DNA from: Candidatus Bathyarchaeota archaeon
GTDB taxonomy: Archaea > Thermoproteota > Bathyarchaeia > Bathyarchaeales > Bathycorpusculaceae
Assembly: GCA_963720565.1 (NCBI GenBank)
Contig: CAVRFW010000003.1
Coordinates: 64,001 to 128,000 of the forward strand
Length of the DNA: 64,000 nt
Direction of reading: 5' to 3'
The notes below the pieces were generated by a model, which was not told the origin of the DNA, made no database searches, and worked only from the letters and a program-made list of their open reading frames with translations. Positions within the stretch are counted from its first letter, which is position 1; every line of letters begins with the position of its first letter. A program made the position numbers and the translations under genes. Of the stretch, positions 23,164 to 33,438 are shown piece after piece.

Positions 23164-23574
23164 GTGGACAACACAGACAGACACATACTGCGAATACTGA
23201 AAGATGACGGACGAGCTGCCTATGGTTATATTGGCAGGAAAGTTGGGCTATCCGAAGGCGCCGTCAGGAAAAGAATCAAAACACTCGCTGATTCTGGTGT
23301 GATAAGGAAATTTACTGTAAAAGTCGGTGAAAGTGACGGAGCCGAGGCAATTACTTTGCTGGCGACTAATCCATCCTATCCGACCCAAGTGGTCTCCGAA
23401 AGAATAAGGGCTATTCGCAATGTGGAGACAACATATGAAGTTACGGGAGAATATGATATAGTGGCTGTGATTAGCGGCATGAATGTGACAGAAGTAAATG
23501 AGTGCATAGAGAAAATCCGTCGCGTTGAAGGGATAATGAAAACCAACACAATGATTGTCCTCCACAGCTGGTAG
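23164..23574 (+). CDS. lysM: Lrp/AsnC family regulator (LysM-like), divergent from lysW
   Basis: D..ILRILKDDGR, GLSEGAVRKRI HTH, YEVTGEYDI RAM domain. Confidence 0.88.
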   Translation: MDNTDRHILRILKDDGRAAYGYIGRKVGLSEGAVRKRIKTLADSGVIRKFTVKVGESDGAEAITLLATNPSYPTQVVSERIRAIRNVETTYEVTGEYDIVAVISGMNVTEVNECIEKIRRVEGIMKTNTMIVLHSW

Positions 23575-23607
23575 ACAAAATTCTATTGGCAGACAACTTT
23601 CAAAAAA

Positions 23608-23717
23608 AGAGTGTGCCGATTCCCTTCATGAGTTAGCACAACATAGTCCCGGTAATAAACCACTGTGAGCGCAGTCAACCGTTTCCGATTCTTAATCGCC
23701 CTCCCCGACGCAACTGC
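23608..23717 (-). ncRNA. Candidate structured small RNA, ~110 nt
   Basis: TTTATAA box ~25 nt upstream; helices GCAGTT/GACTGC, AATCG-GAAA-CGGTT, TGTGCT/GGCACA; T7 run at the 3' end. Confidence 0.45.
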
Positions 23718-23764
23718 TTTAAGACTTGAGTATGTAGTATTATAAACATACGAGGATGTAAGCT

Positions 23765-24454
23765 ATGTCAATAGAAAAAACCCCTGAGAAGAACTCGGTT
23801 TTCTTCGTGTGGTTTAACAATTATGCGGGAGTGCTCATTAAGACACAGTCAAAGACCCTTGTTATTGATCCAGTCGACGTTAAACCCCGCAGTTTTCCAA
23901 ACGTTGACGCAATACTGATTACACACGAGCACTACGATCATCTGGACCAACGCTTAGTAGCAAGTATCCAAAAGGCCACGAATTGCATAGTCATAGCGGA
24001 CCCAACCTCAACAAGAAGCATACACCATGCCATTCCGACAGACAAACTGAAGCGAATTCGCCCCGGAGAAGAAGTCGGAATTGGAGAAGTCTTAATTAAA
24101 GCAGAAAAGTGCAACCATCCCGCATCCTCTCCCGTAACCTACATACTTACAAGTGAAGATGGCGTGAAAATTTATCATACCGCCGACAGTCTCCCGTTCC
24201 CAGAGTTGGCTTTGATTGGGGAAAAAGAGAAATTCGATTTGGTCTTCTGTACTGTAGGCGTAGCTCCAAATTCTTCGCCTGAAACTGGATTTGAAATTGC
24301 GCGCCTGACTAAACCTCTAGTTGCCGTTCCATATCATACAAACTTGCCTGTTCATCAAAACAAGTTTGCTGAAATCTTGAAGAGAGATTTGCCGAGAACT
24401 ACCTGCTTGATTCCAGAACTGAACAAGATTTACCAAATCACTAAAAGGAAGTGA
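23765..24454 (+). CDS. Metallo-beta-lactamase fold hydrolase
   Basis: LVIDP, THEHYDH, YHTAD, VPYH. Confidence 0.85.
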   Translation: MSIEKTPEKNSVFFVWFNNYAGVLIKTQSKTLVIDPVDVKPRSFPNVDAILITHEHYDHLDQRLVASIQKATNCIVIADPTSTRSIHHAIPTDKLKRIRPGEEVGIGEVLIKAEKCNHPASSPVTYILTSEDGVKIYHTADSLPFPELALIGEKEKFDLVFCTVGVAPNSSPETGFEIARLTKPLVAVPYHTNLPVHQNKFAEILKRDLPRTTCLIPELNKIYQITKRK

Positions 24455-24460
24455 ATTTGA

Positions 24461-25084
24461 GTGGCGACAAAAACTGAAACAACAAAAAAAGTTGAAATAG
24501 CCAAAATTCTTCATAAAATTGATGCATTAAAATTCGGAGTTTTCAAACTTACTAGCGGAAGAGCCAGCCCTTACTATATAGATCTCCGTGTGGTCCCAAG
24601 TTTCCCAGATGCCTTCAGAAAAATCTGCGACTTCTATGCGGAACAAATAACTAACCAGGTCGGACTAAAGAACTTCGACCGTGTCGCAGGCGTTCCACTT
24701 GCAGGAATACCTTTCGCATCTCAAATAGCTTACAATTTAGGAAAACCTTTTCTCTATGTCCGAAAAGGCGTTAGACTTCACGGGAGAAAAAGACGTGTTG
24801 AAGGCATTCTCATTTCTGGAGACCGTGTACTACTTATCGACGACTTAGTAACAACTGGTTTAACCTTGAATAGAGCTGCAAAGGCCGTTAGAGCTGAAGG
24901 TGGTGTAGTCAGAGAAGCCGTAGCGCTTCTAGATAGAGAAGAAGGTGGAAGGGAAAAACTGGAAAAGAACGGTACAAATCTTCATGCACTGCTTAAGATG
25001 AGCGAAGTAGCTGTCACTTTGTTCGAAATAGGTGCGATTGATGAGGAAAGCCGAAAAACTATACTGAAACAGATAAAAAAATAG
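24461..25084 (+). CDS. pyrE: Orotate phosphoribosyltransferase
   Basis: FKLTSGR.SPYYIDLR, LIDDLVTTG PRPP motif, DREEGG. Confidence 0.93.
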   Translation: MATKTETTKKVEIAKILHKIDALKFGVFKLTSGRASPYYIDLRVVPSFPDAFRKICDFYAEQITNQVGLKNFDRVAGVPLAGIPFASQIAYNLGKPFLYVRKGVRLHGRKRRVEGILISGDRVLLIDDLVTTGLTLNRAAKAVRAEGGVVREAVALLDREEGGREKLEKNGTNLHALLKMSEVAVTLFEIGAIDEESRKTILKQIKK

Positions 25085-25100
25085 CGGGAAGACTCAGTTG

Positions 25101-25661
25101 TCAGTCGTAGAATATTAAACTTTTCTCCTCCAATAACGTGTGGAGTTTTTCAACTGCATCGTAAACATCTTGTTCTCTCTTGGCTCCAGTGCAAACGAGT
25201 TTTCCGCTTGCAAACAGGAGTATCACCACTTTCGGAATCTCCATCCTGTAGATTAACCCTGGGAACTGTTCAGGTTCATACATCGTTCTTCCAAGAGTAT
25301 ATGCGGCCTTTTCCAAGTCTATCATTCCACCCAATCCCGCTGAAGCCACAATATTTTGTATTTTAAGCTCGGGTTTGCTGATGATAATTATTCCGCCCTT
25401 CTTCAATTCTTTAATCACTTTCATGACTGCCCGACGCGATTCTTTCTCTGACTTCGCGCCAGTACACACCATTTTTCCAGAATTAAAAATGAGAGTAGCC
25501 GTCTTGGGTCTCTTCAACCTGAAAACTAGCCCGGGAAACTGTTCAGGACGATATTCTACGCCTGGATATCCTTTTACAACAGCATTCAAGTCAACTTTCT
25601 GATTCAGCGTTGCAGAAGCAACGACGTTTTCGATGCTTATTACAGCTTTCACTTTCGGCAT
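25101..25661 (-). CDS. tbp: TATA-box-binding protein
   Basis: Two repeats of IENVVAS..YxPEQFPGL.R...LIF.SGK.VCTGAK. Confidence 0.98.
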   Translation of the reverse strand: MPKVKAVISIENVVASATLNQKVDLNAVVKGYPGVEYRPEQFPGLVFRLKRPKTATLIFNSGKMVCTGAKSEKESRRAVMKVIKELKKGGIIIISKPELKIQNIVASAGLGGMIDLEKAAYTLGRTMYEPEQFPGLIYRMEIPKVVILLFASGKLVCTGAKREQDVYDAVEKLHTLLEEKSLIFYD

Positions 25662-25729
25662 TGATTTCCCTTCTTGTTTGACCGAGCTTAAATACTTCTA
25701 TAAAAGAGAGAGTTACTCTATAAATAAAC

Positions 25730-26413
25730 CTATGGTTGAGGCTGAACTTCTTTTTCTTGCTCAGGTTTTTTTCCTCTGAATAGGGGCAAGATGAATTCAA
25801 TAATCACTAAGAGAACTATTAGCACTATAACCAAAGGCAACCCGAGCGAGTTTCGCATAAAAAGCACAACATGACCCAAATAGGGAATGCGCATAATCAC
25901 CTTGCCAACAACTTGGTTTGCAGAAACTTCTCCCCAGGGATCATATTCAGTTGAACTGATTGGGTTTGGCCACCTGTGAGTTGGATTTCCGTCACCCTTT
26001 GTGTAAAAAAATGTCGCTCCGTCAACAACTTCTTTGGATGCAATCCGGTGGACTATGAGTTCGTCTGGGTTGTTCGGTCTGTGGAAAACGATTATGTCGC
26101 TGTTCGGATAGTCAGAGTTGAGTTCATCAGGGTTAACACCCTTTACGATTATCAAATCTCCAACGTGAAGGGTTCGCTCGAAAATATCCGACAATCCATC
26201 GCACCCTCCGTCGTATGGAATACACATGCTTCCTGTTACAACCGCCAGCGCAGGATAAGACGTCCCGAGGGCTAATTGTGAACCATACCAAAACCCAAAA
26301 ACTAAGAGAACGATTAAGCCGATGACGACGATTGTTTGGAAATATTCGTTCTTCCAGAGTCTTTTGAGAGTTGCTGTCAAAGATGCGCCTTCTATTGATA
26401 TTGCTCTTGTCAT
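25730..26413 (-). CDS. Archaeal signal peptidase I (Sec11-like)
   Basis: TM helix, VVTGSM, GDLIIV, IVHR, TKGDGN..D, IPYLG, C-terminal TM. Confidence 0.92.
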   Translation of the reverse strand: MTRAISIEGASLTATLKRLWKNEYFQTIVVIGLIVLLVFGFWYGSQLALGTSYPALAVVTGSMCIPYDGGCDGLSDIFERTLHVGDLIIVKGVNPDELNSDYPNSDIIVFHRPNNPDELIVHRIASKEVVDGATFFYTKGDGNPTHRWPNPISSTEYDPWGEVSANQVVGKVIMRIPYLGHVVLFMRNSLGLPLVIVLIVLLVIIEFILPLFRGKKPEQEKEVQPQP

Positions 26414-26446
26414 TAAGTGGTTGATGTTTTAAAACTTAGTGCTTTG

Positions 26447-26493
26447 AAAAAAGGGAAAAATGAGGAAGTTAAAGAGTAATTCTTAACTCTTCA
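26447..26493 (-). terminator. Imperfect hairpin plus T-rich tract after the Cren7-like gene
   Basis: Minus strand reads TGAAGAGTTAAGA-ATTAC-TCTTTAACTTCCTCA then TTTTTCCCTTTTTT. Confidence 0.5.
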
Positions 26494-26505
26494 CGATTGA
26501 CCGCT

Positions 26506-26676
26506 TTAGATCTTCTTTTTGCTGAGCACTTCGCGGAACGTGCCGTGACATTTAGGGCATTCGTAAAGCCCGATTTCCAATTGCATGCGTTTTCCTTGCT
26601 TGTCTGGACGGCCAGCCATTTTCCAGGTCTTCTTAGGCTTAGAAGCATCTGCTCCACATTTTGGGCATTTAGCCAT
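26506..26676 (-). CDS. 56-aa basic zinc-ribbon protein, Cren7-like chromatin protein candidate (not in the ORF track)
   Basis: Manual translation MAKCPKCGADASKPKKTWKMAGRPDKQGKRMQLEIGLYECPKCHGTFREVLSKKKI; GGAGG RBS; BRE/TATA-like GGAAAGTTATTTAT upstream. Confidence 0.85.
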   Translation of the reverse strand: MAKCPKCGADASKPKKTWKMAGRPDKQGKRMQLEIGLYECPKCHGTFREVLSKKKI

Positions 26677-27145
26677 TTGTTTTTCCTCCGTAATGTTACG
26701 GGTTCATGTTTTCTCATGATGGCGGATAAATAACTTTCCATTGTGTTCGAATAGAAAACGTACATTCACGCCTCTAAATTAGACATTTTCTTGTTAAAAA
26801 CCATTGAACTCTTATCTAGACCGGTAGTGTCTTTTAGAAGAAAAGCCGAACATGTCCCTGCAAGTTTTTCGTGGCAAACACCATGGCTTCTTTTTTGTTC
26901 AAACAGCTCCGCAGAGATCAAAGCATTTTCTGCACTCTTGCAACCTGAGAATATCTGCAGAAAACAATTGACCTCCAGTTCCTCCCGTTTCTCATATGTA
27001 AGGCAGCAAATGAGGTGGCATAGTATTCTAAGGAATACCGAGGCAGAATTCCTTTCTAGTTCTCTAGAAGGCGGTTTGTTGTCTACATGGGGCTTCAATA
27101 GTCTTAAACGGTAACGTTTTATTGTGAGACAGCTGTGTTTCATCT

Positions 27146-27826
27146 GTGAGAACTTTTGATATAGGAAGAGAAGTACTCAAGATCGTAGCAATCATAACAA
27201 TGACCGTAGATCACATCGGCGCAATTCTATATCCAGACCTTTTCGTTCTTAGAGTTATTGGAAGAATTGCCTTTCCTCTGTTTGCTTACCTTATTACGTT
27301 GGGAATTGAAAGTACAGAGAAACCAAGAAGATACCTTATAACACTCTTTTCGTTTGCTCTGGTTTCCCAAATTCCATATTTTCTAGCTTTCGAAATGCAG
27401 CCATTTGAGCGACTAAACATTCTCTTCCCCCTGCTCCTGAGCGCTATTGCTCTTTACTACTTCAACAAAAAGCAAACGCCTGCTTTCGTTGTTATCCTTT
27501 TTTTGGCAGTCCTGTTTTCATTTCTCTTTAATATGGAAGGATCTTTCTACACAATATTTACTGTGTTATGTATGAAGCTTCTTAGACACAAGCTTGAACT
27601 TGGAATTATTGCACTTATCGCTTTGAACCTCTCAGTTACACCAACTACACAATTATTTTCGCTCCTTGCGCTGCCACTTATCCTTCTGCACGTTCAAAAC
27701 CATTTGAGGATGGAAATACTCATCTCGGAAAGCAGTTATCTTTACTTACTAAGAAAGTATGCTTTCTATCTTTACTATCCTTTGCATTTGACGTTGCTTT
27801 TCCTAGTAAATCTGTTCTTTTTCTGA
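27146..27826 (+). CDS. TraX-family membrane protein (putative acyltransferase)
   Basis: LKIVAIITMTVDHIG, IGRIAFPLFAY, SQIPY, FYLYYPLHL. Confidence 0.85.
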   Translation: MRTFDIGREVLKIVAIITMTVDHIGAILYPDLFVLRVIGRIAFPLFAYLITLGIESTEKPRRYLITLFSFALVSQIPYFLAFEMQPFERLNILFPLLLSAIALYYFNKKQTPAFVVILFLAVLFSFLFNMEGSFYTIFTVLCMKLLRHKLELGIIALIALNLSVTPTTQLFSLLALPLILLHVQNHLRMEILISESSYLYLLRKYAFYLYYPLHLTLLFLVNLFFF

Positions 27827-27899
27827 CAAGATTCTCCAACTACCTTCTGAAAAGCGTTATTACCTTTTATGCTAACTATTGATAAGAGTCCTGTTGCTA

Positions 27900-29553
27900 A
27901 TGACCGCGGGGAACAAGCCATGGTTCAATGCATGGCCCGAAAACGTGCCGAAGAGCATCAAGCACTGCATTCTGCTGCATGATATTCTAGAGAGAGCGGC
28001 AAAACAATATCCCGAAAAGGCAAGTGTAGCCTTTTTCAACAGGGAGCTCACCTTCAGGGACTTGAACTTGCTTTCTGACGAATTTGCTGCAGCACTCGCA
28101 AGCGTCGATATTAGCAAAGGTGACATTGTCGCAGTTTTTCTTCCCAACATTCCGCAGTTTGTGATTGCCTATTTCGGAATTCTCAAAATGGGGGCTGTTG
28201 TAACAACTATCAGCCCGTTGAGCAAAGAAAGGGAAATCGAGCATCAGCTACTCGATTCTGGTGCAAAAACAATAGTCACTTTGGATTCGCTGCATCAACT
28301 CAATAAGAAAGTTTGGCGGAGAGCTAAACTAAGGACAGTCCTAATAACTGGTTTAGAAGACTACGCTTCTGAGACAACCCGTTCACCGAGCATAGTTAAA
28401 CAGGAACCAAAAACCTATTGCTTCAACGAAATGCTCAAAAAAAACAAGGGCGTCAAACCTCCGAAACTAATCATTAATCCGAGGAAGGATTTAGCAGCGC
28501 TTCAGTACACTGGCGGAACTACGGGAATAGCCAAAGGTGCTATGCTAACCCACGCAAACTTGGTTTCGAACGCTTTGGCTTTTGGCGCTTGGATAGAAGG
28601 CAAAACTGCAAGCGAAAGATTCCTAACTGCTCTGCCTTTGTTTCACATTTATGGGATGACCACAAGCATGAATGTACCAATCAGTTTGGCATCGAAGATG
28701 GTGTTGCTTCCCCGCTTCGATCCCCAAACGGCATTGGCAAGTATTCAACAGCACAAGATCACGGTATTCTGCGGTGTACCCACAATGTACTCGCAGCTTC
28801 TCGCTAACCCACACATTGGCCAGTACGACTTATCCAGTATCCGTGTGTGCATTTCAGGCGCATCGTCTTTGCCACCTCAGGTTCAGAGGCGGTTTATGGA
28901 AATAACTGGCGGCTTGCTCGCCGAAGGCTACGGCTTAACAGAAGCGTCACCAGTTACACACTGTAATCCAGTTGACAGAACTATGAAAACAGTTAGAATA
29001 GGATCAATCGGTTTACCATTGCCGGACACGGACGCCAGAATAGTCGATGTGGAAACAGGAAAAAGAACGCTTCTTCCAGGCTTAACAGGAGAACTTGCTG
29101 TCAAGGGTCCACAAGTAATGAAGGGCTATTGGAAAAACTCGGAAGAAACAACTCTCGTTCTCCGTGATGGATGGCTTTTAACCGGCGACATAGGAAAAAT
29201 GGACAAAGATGGATACTTCTATATCACAGACAGAAAGAAAGATTTGATTAAGTGCAAAGGCTATAGTGTATACCCCCGCGAAATAGAAGACGTGATTTAC
29301 GAGCATCCAGCAGTGAAACTTCGTCGCAGTTGTGGGAAAACCTGACCCCGAACAGGGAGAGATTTCCAAGGCTTTTATAACGCTGAAAGATGGTGCAAAA
29401 GCCACAGCCTCGGAAATATTAGAGTTCATCAAAGAGAGAGTTGCCCCATACAAAGCAGTCCATGAAGTAGAATTTAGAAAAGAATTGCCTCTAAGCTCTG
29501 CTGGAAAAGTACTACGACGAATACTTCAGGAAGAAGAGAAAGAACAGAACTAG
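27900..29553 (+). CDS. Long-chain fatty-acid--CoA ligase family, with a frameshift near 29320
   Basis: QYTGGTTG.AKG, EGYGLTEASP, GWLLTGD, DRKKDLI; C-terminus LP.SSAGKVLRR in the second ORF. Confidence 0.9.
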
Positions 29554-29755
29554 CTATCACACCTATAGAGCATTACCTAATGACTTGTCTTCAATTCTTC
29601 ATCTTTCTTGTTGTCGACACTTCTAATTCACGTTTTGTGAAATGAGCTGAGAAGACCATGGAGACACCGGAAACGACTGCTGGTTTCAAGGCTGTAGTTT
29701 CAATTAGAAAAATATAAGAGAACTGCTCCGTCTCTGTCTCAGAGAAGGCTTTGTC

Positions 29756-32035
29756 GTGCGCACTAAAGTCGAAGTTACTGGAATCGTTCAAGGCGTAGGC
29801 TTCCGCCCTTTCGTCTACCGCACAGCGGTAAAGAACGACTTAGTAGGTTATGTGCGCAATAGGGGCGATGCAGGCGTAGAGATCTTGGTTGAGGGATGCA
29901 AAAGGAACATTAAGATTTTCCTTCGCGATCTAAGAGAGAAAAAACCGCCTCTATCCCAAATCTACAACCTTACCGTGCACACATTACCGGACAAAAATGA
30001 ACACAGAAAATTCACCATTATCAAAAGCTCTGAAATAGCTGAGCATTCAGGCTCTGTTATACCGCCTGACATAGCTACATGCAACCAATGTCTCGCAGAA
30101 CTCCGCGACCCCAAAGATCCGAGATACGGGTACTTCTTCATCACTTGCACTGACTGCGGACCACGCTTTACGATTATCGAACGCTTACCGTACGACCGCG
30201 ACAACACAACAATGCGCCAATTCGTACTCTGTGGTTACTGTCAAAAAGAATACAATGACCCTCTAAACAGGCGCTTTCATGCACAAACTATTGCATGCCC
30301 AAAATGTGGACCTCAAGCTTACCTAACCACAGGAGACGGCAAACGTATTCAGCATGCTGATCCAGTCCGCGAAGCAGGACGTCTGCTTTGCCAAGGCTAT
30401 ATTCTAGCCATTAAAGGCTACGGTGGCTTCCACATAGCTGCGTCCGCGGTAAGCAGCAGACCGTTACAGGCGCTTCGAAAAACAAAGCATCGAAAGGCCA
30501 AGCCATTTGCTATAATGGCTAGAAGCATAGAAGCGGCAAGAGTGTTTGCTGAAGTAAGTTCGAAGGAAGAAGAACTCCTTAATTCTCCCGCTCGGCCTGT
30601 GGTGCTTCTCAACAAGAAGAGCGCTTACAATCTCTCACCGTTGGTTGCACCAGACCTACACAATGTAGGCGTCATGCTTCCCTACACTGCAATGCATCAA
30701 ATGCTATTCGACAATGTGGATGACATTGCGTTCGTGATGACTAGTGCCAACCCGCCAAACCAGCCAATTGTTAATGATAATGAAGCAGCTCTGCGTACGC
30801 TTGGTAAAACTGTGGATTATTTTCTTTTTCACAATCGCACAATCGCTCACCGTTGTGATGATTCAGTTCTCCGCGTTCATGGCGATCGCCCGTCTTTTTT
30901 GAGGCGAAGCAGAGGCTATGCGCCAGCACCTATATTTTTCAAGGAAAAAGCACGACGTTGCGTTATAGGCTTAGGAAGCGAACTTAACAACACCTCCTGT
31001 GTTCTGCTTGAGAACAAAGCTTTCATCAGCCAGCACATAGGTGATGTCGAAAACATAGAAACTCAAGCATTCCTCCGTCAAGCCACAAAACACATAATTA
31101 GGTTGACAAACAGCAAAGTGGAAGCCATAGCTTGCGATTTGCACCCAAAATTCGCCACAACGCTGCTCGCAAACGAACTTGCAGATGCAAACGGCTTGCA
31201 ACTTATCCAAGTCCAGCATCACCACGCACATGCTGCATCACTGATGATGGAGCATAGCTTAGACGAGATAATAGCTATTGTATGTGACGGGTACGGTTAC
31301 GGCATAGGCGGCGACGCTTGGGGAGGCGAAATCCTATTCTCAACTCGCGAATCAACCGAATTTAAGCGTTTAGCTCATCTGGAAAAACAGCCTTTGCTTG
31401 GCGGAGACGTAGCTACCCGTTTTCCAATGCGCGTGGCTGCAGCGATTCTTAACAAGAAAGTAAACATCAAAGACTGGCTCATGCAGAACAGCAGCCGCCT
31501 CCCCCATGGAGAAACCGAAGCTAGATTGATTCTTAATCAACTCCAAAAAGGAGTTAACCTATCCGAAACCACTAGTTGCGGCAGAGTCTTAGATGCAGTA
31601 GCGGCTCTTCTAGGCATTTGCTACGAGCGTAGTTACGAAGGGGAACCAGCCATGAAGTTGGAGTCCGTCGCTGACAGAGGTAGAGACAAACTGCCTGTGA
31701 AGCCCATAATTAAGGGTAACGTATTGGAAACGACAAACTTGCTTCTAACGATTTTTGAGAACATCCAACGGGTGTCTACGGCTGATTTAGCATACTTCGC
31801 TCATGCATATTTGGCCCGAGGCTTGGCATCTTTGGCAATAGAAAAGGCACAAGAAACAGGCGCGGTAGCAGTCGGTTTTTCAGGTGGCGCTGCCTGCAAT
31901 TATTTACTAGCAAGGATTATCCGAGAGGAGATTGAGGCAGCAGGTTTGCATTTTCTGGTTCATGAGACAATTCCGCCAGGCGATGGCGGAGTCTCCCTTG
32001 GACAAGCTGCAGTTGGTGGATTTTGGAGTTTCTAA
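29756..32035 (+). CDS. hypF: [NiFe]-hydrogenase carbamoyltransferase
   Basis: GIVQGVGFRPF, CTDCGPR, CPKCGP, QHHHAH, PPGDGGVSLGQ. Confidence 0.97.
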   Translation: MRTKVEVTGIVQGVGFRPFVYRTAVKNDLVGYVRNRGDAGVEILVEGCKRNIKIFLRDLREKKPPLSQIYNLTVHTLPDKNEHRKFTIIKSSEIAEHSGSVIPPDIATCNQCLAELRDPKDPRYGYFFITCTDCGPRFTIIERLPYDRDNTTMRQFVLCGYCQKEYNDPLNRRFHAQTIACPKCGPQAYLTTGDGKRIQHADPVREAGRLLCQGYILAIKGYGGFHIAASAVSSRPLQALRKTKHRKAKPFAIMARSIEAARVFAEVSSKEEELLNSPARPVVLLNKKSAYNLSPLVAPDLHNVGVMLPYTAMHQMLFDNVDDIAFVMTSANPPNQPIVNDNEAALRTLGKTVDYFLFHNRTIAHRCDDSVLRVHGDRPSFLRRSRGYAPAPIFFKEKARRCVIGLGSELNNTSCVLLENKAFISQHIGDVENIETQAFLRQATKHIIRLTNSKVEAIACDLHPKFATTLLANELADANGLQLIQVQHHHAHAASLMMEHSLDEIIAIVCDGYGYGIGGDAWGGEILFSTRESTEFKRLAHLEKQPLLGGDVATRFPMRVAAAILNKKVNIKDWLMQNSSRLPHGETEARLILNQLQKGVNLSETTSCGRVLDAVAALLGICYERSYEGEPAMKLESVADRGRDKLPVKPIIKGNVLETTNLLLTIFENIQRVSTADLAYFAHAYLARGLASLAIEKAQETGAVAVGFSGGAACNYLLARIIREEIEAAGLHFLVHETIPPGDGGVSLGQAAVGGFWSF

Positions 32036-32084
32036 ACCATACCCTTTTTATCGCGGTCTGCGCCCGTCTAATGATTGATCAAGT

Positions 32085-32309
32085 ATGTGTTTAGCGATTC
32101 CAGCTCGGGTCATACATATAGATGGCGACAAAGCCCAAGTGGATTTCGGAGAAGGAGTCTTACGGGATATTAACATAACGCTCGTGGAAACGAAAGTGGG
32201 CGGATACGTTTTGGTGCACGCGGGCTACGCCATAGAAACTGTCGAAGAGAAAGATGCTATGGAAACATTGCGATTGTGGAGCGAGATTCTCGCTGCCGGA
32301 ACTCCCTAG
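32085..32309 (+). CDS. hypC: Hydrogenase maturation chaperone
   Basis: MCLAIPA N-terminus, YVLVHAGYAI. Confidence 0.96.
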   Translation: MCLAIPARVIHIDGDKAQVDFGEGVLRDINITLVETKVGGYVLVHAGYAIETVEEKDAMETLRLWSEILAAGTP

Positions 32310-32327
32310 TCTCAAGTTGTGGGTTGC

Positions 32328-33410
32328 ATGGCGGAAAAAAACAGGTTCAGGGACCCAAACCTCGCAAGAAACTTGTCGCGCCAAATCCAGAAGATAGCGC
32401 CCAAAACTGGGGAAATCAAAATCTGCCATGTGTGCGGAACACATGAATGGACTATTACCCATTACGGATTACGCAGCCTTTTGCCCGAAACTGTTGAAGT
32501 AATCGCTGGTCCTGGCTGTCCCGTTTGCATTTTGCCTGCAGCTGAAATTGATGAGGCTGTGCAACTTGCTCAGAAAGATGTTGTAATTACTTGCTTTGGC
32601 GACGTTCTCCGTGTGCCAGGTAGTCATAAGAGCTTGTTGGAGGCTAAGGCAGAAGGTGCTGACGTTCGAATTGTCTACGGAGTTTCAGACGCTATTGACA
32701 TGGCCAAGAAAGAACCAGATAAAGAGTTCGCGTTCTTCGCAGTGGGTTTCGAAACTACTGCGCCATCCACGGCGGTTGAAGTGCTCGGAAAGCCCCCTGA
32801 AAACTTTAGTTTTTTGGTTTCACACAGATTAATACCTCCTGCAATGGAGCTTCTCCTGGGTATTTCAGACTTGTGCATTAACGGTTTCATAGCGCCTGGT
32901 CACGTTAGCGCCATCATTGGTTTGAAGCCATACGAGCTTTTTCCCCGAGTTTACAGTATGCCAACAGTTGTGGCTGGTTTCGAACCAACAGATGTTTTGA
33001 TGGCAGTATGGATGATTCTTCGACAAACCAATGAAAAAACCGCGCGCCTGGAGAACGAATACTCACGCATTGTGAAATGGGCAGGAAACACGAGAGCGCT
33101 GGAAATGATGGACCAGACAATGGAGGTTACCGATGGAAATTGGCGGGGAATCGGCAGGCTAACCGACTCTGCTTTGAAATTGCGCGCGGAGTTTTCAGAC
33201 CTTGATTCAAGAAAGAAATTTGACGTTCACGTTGCACAAGGTAAAGACATTCTGCTAGGGTGCAAATGTCACTTGGTAATCATTGGAAAAATAAAGCCCA
33301 AAGAGTGCCCAATGTTTATGAAAGCATGTACACCAGAAAAACCAATCGGAGCATGCATGGTCAGCAGCGAGGGAACCTGCAGGGTCTGGGCGAAGGCAAG
33401 TTCCACTTAA
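32328..33410 (+). CDS. hypD: Hydrogenase maturation protein
   Basis: CGTHE, GPGCPVC, GFETTAP, PGHVS, PIGACMVSSEGTC. Confidence 0.97.
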   Translation: MAEKNRFRDPNLARNLSRQIQKIAPKTGEIKICHVCGTHEWTITHYGLRSLLPETVEVIAGPGCPVCILPAAEIDEAVQLAQKDVVITCFGDVLRVPGSHKSLLEAKAEGADVRIVYGVSDAIDMAKKEPDKEFAFFAVGFETTAPSTAVEVLGKPPENFSFLVSHRLIPPAMELLLGISDLCINGFIAPGHVSAIIGLKPYELFPRVYSMPTVVAGFEPTDVLMAVWMILRQTNEKTARLENEYSRIVKWAGNTRALEMMDQTMEVTDGNWRGIGRLTDSALKLRAEFSDLDSRKKFDVHVAQGKDILLGCKCHLVIIGKIKPKECPMFMKACTPEKPIGACMVSSEGTCRVWAKASST

Positions 33411-33438
33411 TTGCTACTATGTACGCAGACATGTGTTC

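Noticed and set aside
23608..23717. Known riboswitch or hammerhead identity for the ncRNA candidate
   Set aside because: Only fragments match (GCTAAC, GAAA); core consensus elements are missing and no gene lies downstream on that strand.
26766..27143. 125-aa minus-strand ORF and 107-aa plus-strand ORF
   Set aside because: No recognisable motif and no clear start; a short Cys-containing protein cannot be excluded but is unsupported.
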